A stretch of DNA of 64,000 bases from Vicinamibacteria bacterium (GCA_963555995.3 OY821641.1:544001-608000), one strand, 5' to 3'. Positions 39,429 to 50,298 are shown, numbered from the stretch's first letter. Translations and numbers: made by a program. The notes: generated by a model from the letters alone, not told the origin.

Positions 39429-40168
39429 CGCACCTCCGGCCCCCCGCGCCGGTCGTCCCGGACGAAACGGTCGCGGGCGGGCATCCGGATCCGGGGCAGC
39501 GACGCGGCGTCGAGCGAGTCTCCCGACTCGAGGAGCCCGTTCAACTGGAGGATGAACGCGGTCAGGGCGTACACGTCGTCGGGGGGCAGACTGCCGGGCG
39601 CCGCCTGCGGCATCGCCCGCCGGATGTAGTCGAAGAGCGTGGTCGCGTACGGCCAGTAGCTGCCCACCGTGATCGGATACCGCCGGTCCTCGGAGAAGGG
39701 AAAGCGGTCGCCGGGGACGCGGCCGGCGAGGGCCTCGAACTGCGAGCCCTCGCCGCGCGCGCCGTGACACTGGACGCACTGCAGCCGGTAGAGCGTTTCG
39801 CCCCGTTCCACCGAACCGCTTCCCGCAGGCAGGCCCTCGCCGTCGGGTCCGATATCAATGTCCCAGGCGGCGATCCGTTCCGGGCTGGCCGTTTCTCCGA
39901 ACCCGAACTCGGGGAGGTGGCCGATGTCCGCGAGGCCGTCTGCGCGCGCCGCCGCGAGCGCTTCGAGCTCCGCGTCGTTCAGCAGGCCCGGCATTCCCGG
40001 GTGGAGTTCGGGCCGGGGCAGCGACGGCGCCGCCTCGGACGGAACCGGCGTGGGGCGATCGTCCTCCGCCGCGACCACCGGGGAACCGGTCTCCGATTCC
40101 GCGCCGCAGGCCGAGAGCAGCAGGAGCAGGGCGGCTGCGCGGCTAACCGGCAAAGAAGACCCGCCCAT
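39425..40168 (-). CDS. soxD: SoxD-like cytochrome c, probable lipoprotein
   Basis: LSAC lipobox, [41 protein letters not shown]. Confidence 0.88.
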
Positions 40169-41402
40169 CGGACTCCACGCGCCAGGACCGGATCTGGTTG
40201 TAGTGGTAGCGCGTATAGGACCCGCGGGCCTCGAGGAGTGCGTCCCGGGTCGGCTGGACGTATCCCGTCTCGTCCGTCGCCCGGCTCATCAGGGTGGCGT
40301 CGCGCCCGTCCCAGTTCCAGAGCTTGCGGAAACGGACGTGGCACTTCGGGAGCACGGGGTCCTGGAGTTCGGCGTCTTCCCAGGTGCCGCCGCCGTCGGT
40401 CGAGATCTCCACGCGGGTGATGCGCCCCCGGCCCGTCCAGGCGATGCCGCGGACCTCCCACCAGCCCGGCCCGCCGAGCCGCTCCGGGAAGGTCGGAAAG
40501 GTGATCAGCGACTTCGCGTCCATCCCGAAGCTGAACATCCGCGCCTTGCCGCCGGGGAGGGGATCGGTGTACTTGGAGGTCTCCTCCCGGGTCATGAACG
40601 GCCGGTCGGACAGGTCGAGCCGCCGCAGCCACTTCACGCTGGCGTTGCCTTCCCAGCCCGGAAGGAAGAGCCGGACGGGATAACCCTGCTCGGGCCGCAG
40701 GGGTTCGCCGTTCTGGGCGTAGGCGACGATGGCGTCGTCCCAGGCCTTTTCCATGGGGACCGAGCGCGTCATCACCGCGGCGTCCATCCCCTCGGCGAGG
40801 AACCAGGTGGCTTCGGGGCGCGCGCCGACCTCTCGGAACAGGAGCTTGAGGGGCACTCCCGTCCACTCGCTGGTGCTCGTCAGGCCGTCCATCTCCTGGG
40901 GGCTCATGTTCGGGAAGCGCCCCCGGTTCTGGAAGGCCGTCCCCCCGTTCCCGGAGCACTCCAGGAAGCGCAGCTTCGATTCCGCCGGGAATCGCTTCAG
41001 ATCGGCCAGCGTGAACGTCTGCGGGCGTTCCACCATCCCGTGGATGAGCAGTTCGTAACGCTCGGGATCAATGTTGGGAATGCCCCCGTGGTGCCGCTCG
41101 AAGTGCAGGTCGGCCGGGGTGACGATCCCCTGCAGATACTGGAGCGGAGTGCGCGACGACGAGGAGGGTTCCAGCACCCGGACCAGCCGCCGCGGGGTCT
41201 CGAATGCCGAGCGCTCCCCCAGCGGGCGAGGCACGAGGCCCTGCATCTTGGTGGGGTCCTCGGGCGCCCGGGGCCTGGGCTTCGGGGTGTCCGCCTGCTG
41301 GGCGCCCGCGACCGCTCCGGCGCCGACCGCGGCGGTGCCGACCACGCCCGCGAGCAGCTCGCGGCGCGAGGGGAGCCCGCCGTTCTCCCGGTTCTTGGCC
41401 AT
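40143..41402 (-). CDS. soxC: SoxC-type sulfite dehydrogenase molybdoprotein
   Basis: Tat signal SRRELL, TPLQ...GIVTP..LHFERHHGG, FLECSGN, RPEQGYPVRL, VKWLRR, ETSKYTD. Confidence 0.92.
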   Translation of the reverse strand: MAKNRENGGLPSRRELLAGVVGTAAVGAGAVAGAQQADTPKPRPRAPEDPTKMQGLVPRPLGERSAFETPRRLVRVLEPSSSSRTPLQYLQGIVTPADLHFERHHGGIPNIDPERYELLIHGMVERPQTFTLADLKRFPAESKLRFLECSGNGGTAFQNRGRFPNMSPQEMDGLTSTSEWTGVPLKLLFREVGARPEATWFLAEGMDAAVMTRSVPMEKAWDDAIVAYAQNGEPLRPEQGYPVRLFLPGWEGNASVKWLRRLDLSDRPFMTREETSKYTDPLPGGKARMFSFGMDAKSLITFPTFPERLGGPGWWEVRGIAWTGRGRITRVEISTDGGGTWEDAELQDPVLPKCHVRFRKLWNWDGRDATLMSRATDETGYVQPTRDALLEARGSYTRYHYNQIRSWRVESDGRVFFAG

Positions 41403-41546
41403 GGCCCGGATTATGGCGGATTCGGGTGGTGTGCGACGGACCGCCGGCAACGCCCATTGCTAGAATCGTTCGCCCTCCGCCCCGGCTTTGCGTCTCCGCC
41501 CGAGCCGTGCCGATCCGGTCGGGGCGGCCCAGGAGGGAATCTGATC

Positions 41547-42503
41547 GTGCACAGTCTTGATTTGGCCCGTACCCGGAAGGGCGGCCTGCTGGCGCTCGCC
41601 GCCGCGCTGCTGGTTCTTGCCGCGGCCCCGGCGCTCGCCCAGCGGGGCGCGATTCGCGGCAAGATCGTTGATCCGGACGGCAATCCGGTATCGGACGTCC
41701 AGGTCTCGATCGTGCTGCTCGACGGCGGCGGACGGCCCATCCGGGTCACGACCAACGACAAGGGAGAGTTCCTCCGGGCCGGGATTCCGGTGCAGATGTA
41801 CCGGGTGTCCTTCGAGCTTGAGGGCTGGGAGCCGCTGCAGGCGATGGTGACCGTCTCGAACGGGGGCCAGAGCGTCATCAACGAGACCCTGCATCCCCTC
41901 CCGGAGGGAGTGCTGAGCCAGGCGCAGGCCGACCGGGCGAACGGGCACCAGCAGGCGGCCCAGGACGCCTTTCAGGACGGTGACTTCGGCCGGGCGGTGA
42001 CCGAGTGGCAAGGCTTCCTGGAACTCCTCCCCAACGAGGCCCCCGCCCACTTCAACCTGGCCGCGGCCTACGAGCGGCTGCAGGATTTCCCTGCCGCCAT
42101 CGAGGCGTACGAAGCGGCGTACGCGCTCGATGACTCGATGCTCGAGGCGATCATGGCGGTCGGGGACCTGCACGGCAGGCAGCGGGAGTGGGAGCAGGCG
42201 CTTCACGCGTTCGACCGGGCGATGGAGCTCGTCGAAGGGAACGCGGTGAACCTGTTCAACTACGCCGTCTACGCGAGCAACGCGGGCAAGGTCGAACTGG
42301 CTGACGAGTTCTACGGGAAGGCGGCGGAGGCCGATCCCGATTTCGCCCCGGCGCACCTGCAGATCGGGATGGCGCGAGCGCGGGAGGAAGATCGCGAGGG
42401 GGCCATCGCCGCCTTCGAGCGGTTCCTCGAGTTGGACCCCGACGGAGCACAGGCGGTCATGGTCCAGGAGATCCTCGACCAGCTCCGCAATCCCGGCTCC
42501 TAG
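41547..42503 (+). CDS. secreted carboxypeptidase-regulatory-like domain + TPR protein
   Basis: AGGAGG RBS, signal peptide, IRGKIVD.DG.P, TNDKGEF, C-terminal TPR repeats. Confidence 0.85.
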   Translation: MHSLDLARTRKGGLLALAAALLVLAAAPALAQRGAIRGKIVDPDGNPVSDVQVSIVLLDGGGRPIRVTTNDKGEFLRAGIPVQMYRVSFELEGWEPLQAMVTVSNGGQSVINETLHPLPEGVLSQAQADRANGHQQAAQDAFQDGDFGRAVTEWQGFLELLPNEAPAHFNLAAAYERLQDFPAAIEAYEAAYALDDSMLEAIMAVGDLHGRQREWEQALHAFDRAMELVEGNAVNLFNYAVYASNAGKVELADEFYGKAAEADPDFAPAHLQIGMARAREEDREGAIAAFERFLELDPDGAQAVMVQEILDQLRNPGS

Positions 42504-42506
42504 TCC

Positions 42507-43400
42507 ATGCACCTGCGCGCCGGACGCCGCATCGTCGTCTGTCTCGTCGCGCTCTGGGCAGCCACCGGGTCCGCCCAGGACGACGGGCTGCGCGTCTTCA
42601 TTTCCGCGGACATGGAGGGCCTCAGCGGCATCGCCCATTCGGAGATGACGTCGGCTTCCGGCGCCGAGTACGGCCGCGGCCGCGACCTGATGATGAGCGA
42701 CGTGAACGCGGCCATCCAGGGGGCGCTCGACGCCGGAGCCACCGAGATCCTGGTGAACGACAGCCACGGCAGCATGCGGAACATCCGGGTGGAGCAGCTG
42801 CTGCCGCCGGCGCGGCTGATCAGCCACAACTCGAAGCCGTTCGGGATGATGCAGGGGATCTCCGCGGACTTCGACGCGGTCTTCTTCATCGGCTACCACG
42901 CCCGCGCCGGCAATCCCGACGGGCTCATGGCCCACACCGGATCGGGCGCGTCCATCCGCGAGATCCGGGTGGACGGCCGCCCGGCCGGCGAGGGAGACAT
43001 GAACGCCCTGCTGGCGGCGCACCACGGGGTTCCGGTGGCGCTCGCCACCGGCGACGCGGCGTTCGCCGAGGAACTGGGCCAGCTCCTTCCGGATACCGAA
43101 TTCGTGGCCGTGAAGCGGGCCATCCGGCGGACCACCGCCGAACTGATCCACCCGCAGGAAACCGCCCGCATGATCCGGGAAGCGGCTGTCCGCGCCCTGC
43201 GGGCGATCCCCGAGCCGCTTCCGGCGCCCGCTTCCCCCGTAGCCATCGAGATCCAGTACACCCGCCCCGATTTGGCGGAGATCGCGTCCCTGCTGCCGCA
43301 GATCGAACGTACCGCCCCGGACACGGTGCGTTTCGAGGCCGGGGACATGAGGGAGGGCTACGCGATAATTCGCGTGCTCTACCGCAATCTGTCCGAATAG
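42507..43400 (+). CDS. M55 family D-aminopeptidase (DppA-like), secreted
   Basis: FISADMEG, VNDSHG, MMQG, FIGYHA.AG, AHT, GE. Confidence 0.92.
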   Translation: MHLRAGRRIVVCLVALWAATGSAQDDGLRVFISADMEGLSGIAHSEMTSASGAEYGRGRDLMMSDVNAAIQGALDAGATEILVNDSHGSMRNIRVEQLLPPARLISHNSKPFGMMQGISADFDAVFFIGYHARAGNPDGLMAHTGSGASIREIRVDGRPAGEGDMNALLAAHHGVPVALATGDAAFAEELGQLLPDTEFVAVKRAIRRTTAELIHPQETARMIREAAVRALRAIPEPLPAPASPVAIEIQYTRPDLAEIASLLPQIERTAPDTVRFEAGDMREGYAIIRVLYRNLSE

Positions 43401-43409
43401 AGGAGACCC

Positions 43410-45077
43410 GTGATGTCCCGAACCCGCCGATGTACCACCCTGTTGGCCGTCCTGGCCCTGCTGTTCGCCGCCGCGGCGCCCGCCCTGGAAGAGGAGACCA
43501 ACACCACCGACCTGGCGGTGCCTCTCCACGCCAAGCTCGGCACCGTCAGCTACCCGGTGAGCGGAGCCTCGGAGCTCGGCCAGCGGTACTTCGATCAGGG
43601 CCTCCGGCTGGTGTACGCGTTCTGGATGGCCGAAGCCCGCCGCTCCTTCGACGAGGCGGCGCGCCTCGACGACAACGCGATGTCGCACTGGGGACGGGCG
43701 CTCGCCTACGGTCCCTACCTGAACCAGGGATCCCCGCCCGAAGACCAGCTCGAGACCGCCTGGGAGGCCATCAGCCGCGCCCGCGAGCTGTCCGGCTCGG
43801 CCACCGAGAAGGAGCGGGCGATGATCGAGGCGCTCGCCGTCCGCTACGCGGAAGATCCGGCCTCGGATCGCGAGCCCCTCGATCAGGCGTACCACGAGAA
43901 GGCCCGGGCGCTGGCCGAAACGTACCCGGATGACATCGAACTCCAGGTGCTCGCCGCCGCGTCCTACATGAACACCACCCGCTGGAACTACTGGGACGAT
44001 GACGGGAAGCCGCTGAACGACGGCACCCTCTGGCTGGTGGAGCAGATCGAGCGCGCCCTCGACATGGACCCGAACCATCCCGGCGCCATCCACTACTACA
44101 TCCACGGGGTCGAGGCGTCCGACGACCTCGCGCGCGCGGTCCCCCACGCCCGCAACCTGCCCCGGACCATGCCGGGCGCCGCCCACCTCGTCCACATGGG
44201 CGCGCACATCCTGATCCAGACCGGCAACTACGACGAGGCGGCCGACTTCAACCTCGACGCCGCCGCGGTGGACGAGCTCTATATCGGGATGCCCGACCAG
44301 GAGGGCCGTTACCCGGTCGGTTCCTATCAGCACAACGTCCACTTCGCCTGGTCCGCGGCGCAGTTCGAGGGCCGGAGCGCGGTGGCGCTGCAGCAGGCCT
44401 ACAAGCTGCGCGACAAGGTGCGGGTCCAGGTCGGCCCCAACCGGATCGAGGAGTCCTCGCGGCCGCAGCTCTTCCTCTCGATTCCCCTGTTCGCGCAGGC
44501 CCGCTTCGGCCGCTGGAACGACATCATGAGCGAGCCGCAGCCGCGCGCCGAATACCTCTTCGAGACGGCCATCTGGCACTACGTGCGGGGACTCGCCCAC
44601 TCGGCCACCGGCAACGTGGAGCAGGCCCGGGACCACCAGAAGCAGGTCGCCGGCATCGCGGCTGACGAGAACCTCCCCGGAATGGGGCGGGTCTCGGCCA
44701 AGGACATGCTGCGGCTCGCCGCCACCGCGCTCGAGGCGGACATCGTTTCACGCCACGACGCGCCGGCGAAGGCGATCCCGCTGCTCGAGGAAGCGATCAA
44801 CATCCAGGACAACCTCGCCTACACCGAGCCGCCGCCCTGGTACGTGCCGATGCGGCAGACCCTCGGCGCGGTGCTGCTGGAGGCCGGTCAGCCCGACCAC
44901 GCCGAAGTGGCGTTCCGCGAGGATCTCCGCCACTGGCCCGAGAACGGCTGGTCGCTCTTCGGGCTGCTCGAATCGCTCCGCGCCCAGGGCAAGACCGACG
45001 AGGCCAACCGGGTGCAGCGCCGCTTCCTCAGGGCCTGGAGCCGCGCCGACATCGTCCTCACCGCCGCGAGGTTCTGA
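43410..45077 (+). CDS. secreted TPR-containing hypothetical protein
   Basis: FDQGL, WG.A.A.GP, HPGAIHYYIH, HLVHM, YTEPPPWY, ENGWSLFGL. Confidence 0.8.
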   Translation: MMSRTRRCTTLLAVLALLFAAAAPALEEETNTTDLAVPLHAKLGTVSYPVSGASELGQRYFDQGLRLVYAFWMAEARRSFDEAARLDDNAMSHWGRALAYGPYLNQGSPPEDQLETAWEAISRARELSGSATEKERAMIEALAVRYAEDPASDREPLDQAYHEKARALAETYPDDIELQVLAAASYMNTTRWNYWDDDGKPLNDGTLWLVEQIERALDMDPNHPGAIHYYIHGVEASDDLARAVPHARNLPRTMPGAAHLVHMGAHILIQTGNYDEAADFNLDAAAVDELYIGMPDQEGRYPVGSYQHNVHFAWSAAQFEGRSAVALQQAYKLRDKVRVQVGPNRIEESSRPQLFLSIPLFAQARFGRWNDIMSEPQPRAEYLFETAIWHYVRGLAHSATGNVEQARDHQKQVAGIAADENLPGMGRVSAKDMLRLAATALEADIVSRHDAPAKAIPLLEEAINIQDNLAYTEPPPWYVPMRQTLGAVLLEAGQPDHAEVAFREDLRHWPENGWSLFGLLESLRAQGKTDEANRVQRRFLRAWSRADIVLTAARF

Positions 45078-45112
45078 CCCCTCCGCCGACGGACGTAACG
45101 GCGCGCCGCCTA

Positions 45113-45432
45113 CCTGGACCGCCGGTCTCCAGACCGCCACGTGTGGCGCAGCCCCACCCACCCGCACGGCGCTGCCGGCCTGGAACGCCGGTCTCCAGAC
45201 CGGCACGCGCGGTGCTCCGCACCGCACACGTCACAACCCCACCCGGAAAGACGGCTCCCACCTCGGCGCGGCGCTCAATAGCGCAGGTGACGCACCGGCC
45301 TGGAACGCCGGTCTCCAGACCGGCACGCGCGGTGCTCCGCACCGCGCCCGGCGCAACCCCACGCGGCAAGGGTGACTCCCGCCCCGGCGTGGAGCTCAAG
45401 CGCGGAGGTCGCACCCACGGCGTTCCAGGCCG
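45113..45432. repeat. REP-like array between convergent genes
   Basis: REP copies at about 45113, 45177 and 45297; 45175-45225 repeated at 45295-45345. Confidence 0.85.
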
Positions 45433-45486
45433 CCTCCGCCACTTCCCTGACGGGCGGCGTGCGCTCGTATCCCCGGCGCTTCGGCT

Positions 45487-47925
45487 TCAGGCCTGCCCCG
45501 CTTCCGAACCACTCGGCGCGGCCGACGCGGTTGGCAGGGTGATGACGAATTCGGCGCCGTCCCCGACCTCGGAGTGCACCGCCAGGGTACCCCCGTGGCC
45601 CCGGACGATGTCGTGGCAGAGGGAAAGGCCGAGACCGGTGCCCTTGTCCGTGTCCTTCGTGGTGAAGAAGGGCTCGAAGATCTTCTTCAGGTTGCTCTCC
45701 GGAATGCCCGGTCCGTTGTCCTTGATCCGTACCTCGACCTGACCGTTCTCCTTGCGGCTGCGGACCTGCAGTTCGGGCTGGTAGTTCGGATCCGAGTCCT
45801 CGGCGAGCTGCTTGTCGAACGTTGCCTGGCAGGCGTTGGTGACGATGTTCAGGAACACGCGGCTGAGATCCTGCGGCACCGCCTCGATCGCGCCGACGTC
45901 ATCCCCGAAGTCCTTCTGGATGGTCATCTGGAACCGGCTGTCCACGGCGCGCATCGAATGGAAGGCGAGCGCGATGTATTCCTCGAGCATCGCATTGACC
46001 TCGGTCGGCCGCCGTTCGCCGCCTTCCTTCCGTGCGTGTTCCAGCATCCCGTAGACGATCGAGCTGGCCCGCTTCCCGTGGTGGACGATCCGTTCGAGGT
46101 TGCCTGACAGATCGCCGCTGATGTCCTCGATTTCCGCCCTGGACTCGTCGGGAATGTTCTCCTTGACGGTCTCCAGCTCTTCCTTCAGATCCTCCAGCAG
46201 TTCGCTCGAAACGTCGGCGAAGTTGTTGACGAAGTTCAGCGGGTTCTTGATCTCGTGCGCGATGCCCGCGGTCAGTTGGCCGAGGGAGGCCAGTTTCTCC
46301 TGCATCACCATCTGGTCCTGCGCCTTCTCCAGGTCGTCGAGGGTCTTCGCCAGTTCCTCGTTCTGGGCCTCCACCCGGGTCGCCAGTTCCTCGACCAGGT
46401 TGAGGCGCTGCACCTCGAGGGCGTGTTGCCGGAAGACTTCGAGCGCCTGCGCCATCTCCCCGACCTCGTCCTGGCCTCGGACTTCGATGCGCGTCTCCAG
46501 GTCGCCGCCGGCCATCCGGCGCATGGCCCGTGACAGCGCGGTGAGCCGGGCGATCAGGAATCGGCCGACGAAGAGCCACAGAATCAGCGCGGCGCTGCTG
46601 ATCCCCAGGACGTTCAGGGCGACCAGCAGCGATCGCCCGAGGTTCAGGGCCGCCTCCGACTGATCGGTGGCGGCCAGCGCCTCCTGCTCCAGGCCGACCG
46701 TGAGGTTGCCCACGGCCACCTCGAGCGAGTCGGTGATGGACTCGTTGCGGGCGAGGTAGCCGAGTTGGTTCCGGAGTTCGGCCAGATACTCCCGCCGGAC
46801 CGGGAAAGCGCCGTCCTCGGCCAGGCCCAGCTCATGGATGGCGTCCAGGGTCTGCCGCAGTTGTCGGGGCGCCCGGTCCCCGATCGTGTCAAGCGCCCGG
46901 AAGGTGCCGGCGGTGGCCGCCCGGAACCTTTCCTCCAGCGTCTCCACCAGTTCCAGGTCGTCCTGCACGACGACGTCGGCGATCAGGCTGCCCGCCAGGT
47001 TCCCGCGCGCGTCCACGGCGCTCAGCGCCTGCTGATACATGACTTCCACTTCCGCGCCGCGCACCTCCACCGGCGCCGGATCGTCGTCGAGTTCCCGGAG
47101 ACCGGTCGCCATGTAGAAGACCTGGTCATCCAGCAGGGGAACAATCAGTTCGTTGAGTTCGCGGCTCCGGACCACGGTCGCTTCCTGGAGCTGGCTCAGC
47201 CGCTCCTGCAGCACGACGCCGCCTTCGACCGAGACCTGGATGTCCCGCAGGTTGCCGGCGAGGGCCTCGGAGAACTCCCGGAGTCCCTCCGTCCGCTCGC
47301 CGGCCCCCAGTTCGGAGGACAGCTCGATGATGCGCGCGGCGGCCTCCAGGAGGTCGAGACGGGGCGCGGAGTCGTCCGGCGCGCCCTCCGCCTCCGGGTC
47401 GGCCGCGAGCTGCCGATTGCGGGCCTCCGCCACCAGCCGGGGCGCGGCGGCGGCGAGGCTGGTGGCGAGCTGTCCGATCTGGACGGCGTTGGTCAGCGCC
47501 GGCACGTGCTCCGTGTTGATCTCGCGCTGGATCCGGCCGACCTGGAAGAACGCGACGAGCGCGATGATGCTGGCGATGAGGGTGAAGACGATGGCCGCGC
47601 CGAGGCCGGCCGCGATCTGGACGCGCAGGCTCTGGCGCAGCGCGAACTTCCGCCGCAGCCAGCCACCCTTTTCCGTGACCGCGGGCTCGGCCGCGGCCGC
47701 CGGCGGGTCTGACGGCCCTCCGTCGGCTCCTTCCGGTTCCGCGTTGCCCTCGTCGGCCGAAAGGGGCGTCTTCCCCGACAACGCTTCGCGGAGAGCTCCG
47801 ACGATCGAGAGTCCGTCCGGCGCTTCCGGTCTTTTCTCCGACTCCGGCGGCGATTCCGCGGCGGCGGGACTCCCCTCGGAATCCGGAACGCCGTCCTGCC
47901 GGTCTTCGGAGTCTTTCTCGGCCAT
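45487..47925 (-). CDS. membrane sensor histidine kinase (large periplasmic domain + HAMP)
   Basis: two TMs, HAMP DEVGEMA, EKLASLGQLTAGIAHEIKNPL, N box, DNGPG, FFTTK, GTGLGLS. Confidence 0.93.
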   Translation of the reverse strand: MAEKDSEDRQDGVPDSEGSPAAAESPPESEKRPEAPDGLSIVGALREALSGKTPLSADEGNAEPEGADGGPSDPPAAAAEPAVTEKGGWLRRKFALRQSLRVQIAAGLGAAIVFTLIASIIALVAFFQVGRIQREINTEHVPALTNAVQIGQLATSLAAAAPRLVAEARNRQLAADPEAEGAPDDSAPRLDLLEAAARIIELSSELGAGERTEGLREFSEALAGNLRDIQVSVEGGVVLQERLSQLQEATVVRSRELNELIVPLLDDQVFYMATGLRELDDDPAPVEVRGAEVEVMYQQALSAVDARGNLAGSLIADVVVQDDLELVETLEERFRAATAGTFRALDTIGDRAPRQLRQTLDAIHELGLAEDGAFPVRREYLAELRNQLGYLARNESITDSLEVAVGNLTVGLEQEALAATDQSEAALNLGRSLLVALNVLGISSAALILWLFVGRFLIARLTALSRAMRRMAGGDLETRIEVRGQDEVGEMAQALEVFRQHALEVQRLNLVEELATRVEAQNEELAKTLDDLEKAQDQMVMQEKLASLGQLTAGIAHEIKNPLNFVNNFADVSSELLEDLKEELETVKENIPDESRAEIEDISGDLSGNLERIVHHGKRASSIVYGMLEHARKEGGERRPTEVNAMLEEYIALAFHSMRAVDSRFQMTIQKDFGDDVGAIEAVPQDLSRVFLNIVTNACQATFDKQLAEDSDPNYQPELQVRSRKENGQVEVRIKDNGPGIPESNLKKIFEPFFTTKDTDKGTGLGLSLCHDIVRGHGGTLAVHSEVGDGAEFVITLPTASAAPSGSEAGQA

Positions 47926-47929
47926 CCCG

Positions 47930-49132
47930 CTACCTCAGCGAGGTGAGGGGGCGCAACCTGCCGTTCGCTTCGATTCGGGTCAGGAAGACGCGGTCGGAGC
48001 CCTGCGTGTCACCGGGTCCGTAGGTCAGCGAGAAGCCGCCGAAGTCCAGGTTCCGGATCGTGGTGAGCGCCTCGAGGAAGCCGGCGCGGGTGGGATCGGG
48101 ACCGGCCCGGTCGAGAACCTCGCCCGTCAGCCGGCCCGCGATGTATCCCTCGAGGGAGACGAAGCTCGGCGGGGCTCCCCGCTCCTGCCGCCGGAGCGCG
48201 TCGCGGTAGTTCCGCACCACCCGGAGGGAGTCGTCTTCGGGGAAGGGGACGACCTGGGTGATCAGCACCCCTTCGCCGGCCGGTCCGAGGTCGGCGGCGA
48301 GCGCTTCGCTCCCCACGAAGGAGATGTTCATCAGGATGGGGTTGAAATCAACGCGCCTGGCCCAGCGCACGAACTCCGCCACCGGGCGGTAGGCGCCGAT
48401 GATGATCACCGCTTCGGGGTTCGCCCGGCGCAGTTCGAGCACGGCGATCTTGATGGCCGTCGTGTTCCGTTGGTACGCGGCCAGTCCGCCCAGCTCCCGC
48501 CGCCGGGCGGCGAGCGCCATCCGGACCCCCGTCAACCCCGCGTTCCCGTAGGAGTCGTCCTGATAGAGGACGGCGATCCGGGAGACCCCGAGGTCCTCAA
48601 TCAGCCGTTCGACCATCTCGTCGGTTTCCTGGAAGTAGGAAGCGCGGATGTTGACCGCGGTCGGCGCCTCCTCCGGCTCCCGGAGGAACTCCGCGCCCGT
48701 GAACGGGCCGATGTAGGGCGCGCCGGCCTGGGCCGCGACCGGCTCGACCGCCCGTGAAGTCGGCGTTCCGACCGGGCCGATCAGCGCGAAGACGTTCTCC
48801 TCCTGCAGCAGCCGGCGGGTGTTCGCGAGCGCCGCCTCGGGCTCGTAGCCGTCGTCGAGCGAAACGAGTTCGAGCCGGCGGCCGTGGATTCCTCCCCGGC
48901 GGTTGATCTCGGCGAACGCGGCCTGGATGCCGAGCCGCATGCCCTGCCCGAGGGCGGCTGCCGGACCGCTCAGCGCCGCCGACTGTCCGAAGACGACGCG
49001 CTCCGGAGTGACTCCGGGAGTCGGTTCCCCGTCCTGGGCCGATGCGGGAACCAGGCCTCCCGAGGCCAGGGCGCCGGCCAGGGCGGGAATGGAGATCCAG
49101 CGGGGCCGGGACCGGCCGCTAGAACCGCGCAT
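47930..49132 (-). CDS. periplasmic binding protein type 1 (Leu/Ile/Val-binding-like)
   Basis: GQSAALSGP, GGIHGR, DDGYEP, VGTPT, RASY..E, YQDD.YG, EGYIA. Confidence 0.9.
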   Translation of the reverse strand: MRGSSGRSRPRWISIPALAGALASGGLVPASAQDGEPTPGVTPERVVFGQSAALSGPAAALGQGMRLGIQAAFAEINRRGGIHGRRLELVSLDDGYEPEAALANTRRLLQEENVFALIGPVGTPTSRAVEPVAAQAGAPYIGPFTGAEFLREPEEAPTAVNIRASYFQETDEMVERLIEDLGVSRIAVLYQDDSYGNAGLTGVRMALAARRRELGGLAAYQRNTTAIKIAVLELRRANPEAVIIIGAYRPVAEFVRWARRVDFNPILMNISFVGSEALAADLGPAGEGVLITQVVPFPEDDSLRVVRNYRDALRRQERGAPPSFVSLEGYIAGRLTGEVLDRAGPDPTRAGFLEALTTIRNLDFGGFSLTYGPGDTQGSDRVFLTRIEANGRLRPLTSLR

Positions 49133-49137
49133 GGGCT

Positions 49138-50298
49138 TCAGTTCCCGAGATAGGCGAGCGTCAGGCAGGTGATGTCGTCGGATTGATGTTCACCGCCCGA
49201 GAAGACCCGCACCGCCTCGATGACGGCGCGGTTGATCTCCTCGGGGGACCGGTCGGCGACGCCCTCCAGCGTCTCTTCGAGGCGGTGGTTCTCGAACAAC
49301 TCCTTGTCGGGAGCCTCGGCCTCGGGCACGCCGTCCGTGTAGAGGAAAACCCGGTCTCCCGGTTCGAGTTGCACCTTGTCCTCGGTGTAGGGGAAATCCG
49401 GTATGACCCCGAGCGCGATGCCCTGGGTGAGGGGGAGTTCCTGCGGTTTCCGGCCGGCGCGGACCAGGTACGGGGCGCAGTGCCCGGCATTCGCATAGAT
49501 GAACGTGCCGTTCTCCGTGTCGAGGACCCCGAACAGCAGGGTCACGAACATGGCCCGCTCGTTGTCCTCCCCGAGCAGGTTGTTCACCTGGGTCAGCGCC
49601 TCCCCGGGAGAGAGGGCGCTCACCGCGTTCCCCTTGACGAGGGTCCGGCTGACCATCATGAAGAGGGCGGCCGGTACGCCCTTGCCCGAAACGTCCGCCA
49701 TCACCACCCCCAGCTTTTCTCCGGGGAGGTGGAACACGTCGTAGAAGTCCCCGCCCACGTCCTGCGCCGGAGTCATGATCGCGTGCGTCTCGGCGCTCGA
49801 GGTGCATGGGAACCGCTGCGGCAGGATGGACATCTGCATGTCGCGGGCAACGCGCAGTTCCTGGTGGAGCGCCAGCAGTTGGGCCCGGTGCTTGAGCGCC
49901 TCGCGCATCATGGCGAGGTGGGTCATGGTCTTCTCGATGGTGAGTTCGAGATCCTTGAAGTCGATCGGCTTGGTGACGAAGTCGAACGCGCCGCGGTTCA
50001 TGGCGGTACGGATGTTCGCCATGTCGCCGTACGCGGAGACCACCACCGCGCGGCACTTCGGGCGGACCGTCCGCAGCTCGTTCAGCAGCGTCAGACCGTC
50101 CATCCGGGGCATGTTGATGTCCGTCATGATGAGCTCGATTTCCGGGTGGTCTTCGAGGGCCTCGAGCGCCTGAACCCCGTCGTGCGCGAACACGAAACGC
50201 ATTTCGTCCTTGCGGATGCGGCGGCGGAACCGCTGGCGGATCAACGTCTCGAGATCTGGTTCGTCGTCGACCACCAGGATCGTGCAGGGCTCATTCAT
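49138..50298 (-). CDS. response regulator receiver + SpoIIE/RsbU phosphatase
   Basis: ILVVDDE, TDINMP, FVTKP; VGGDFYD, ADVSGKG, MFVT, YTDG, QSDDIT. Confidence 0.93.
   Translation of the reverse strand: MNEPCTILVVDDEPDLETLIRQRFRRRIRKDEMRFVFAHDGVQALEALEDHPEIELIMTDINMPRMDGLTLLNELRTVRPKCRAVVVSAYGDMANIRTAMNRGAFDFVTKPIDFKDLELTIEKTMTHLAMMREALKHRAQLLALHQELRVARDMQMSILPQRFPCTSSAETHAIMTPAQDVGGDFYDVFHLPGEKLGVVMADVSGKGVPAALFMMVSRTLVKGNAVSALSPGEALTQVNNLLGEDNERAMFVTLLFGVLDTENGTFIYANAGHCAPYLVRAGRKPQELPLTQGIALGVIPDFPYTEDKVQLEPGDRVFLYTDGVPEAEAPDKELFENHRLEETLEGVADRSPEEINRAVIEAVRVFSGGEHQSDDITCLTLAYLGN

Noticed and set aside
39858-42503. 881-aa TPR protein
   Set aside because: The upstream part is antisense to soxCD; the RBS and signal peptide place the start at 41547
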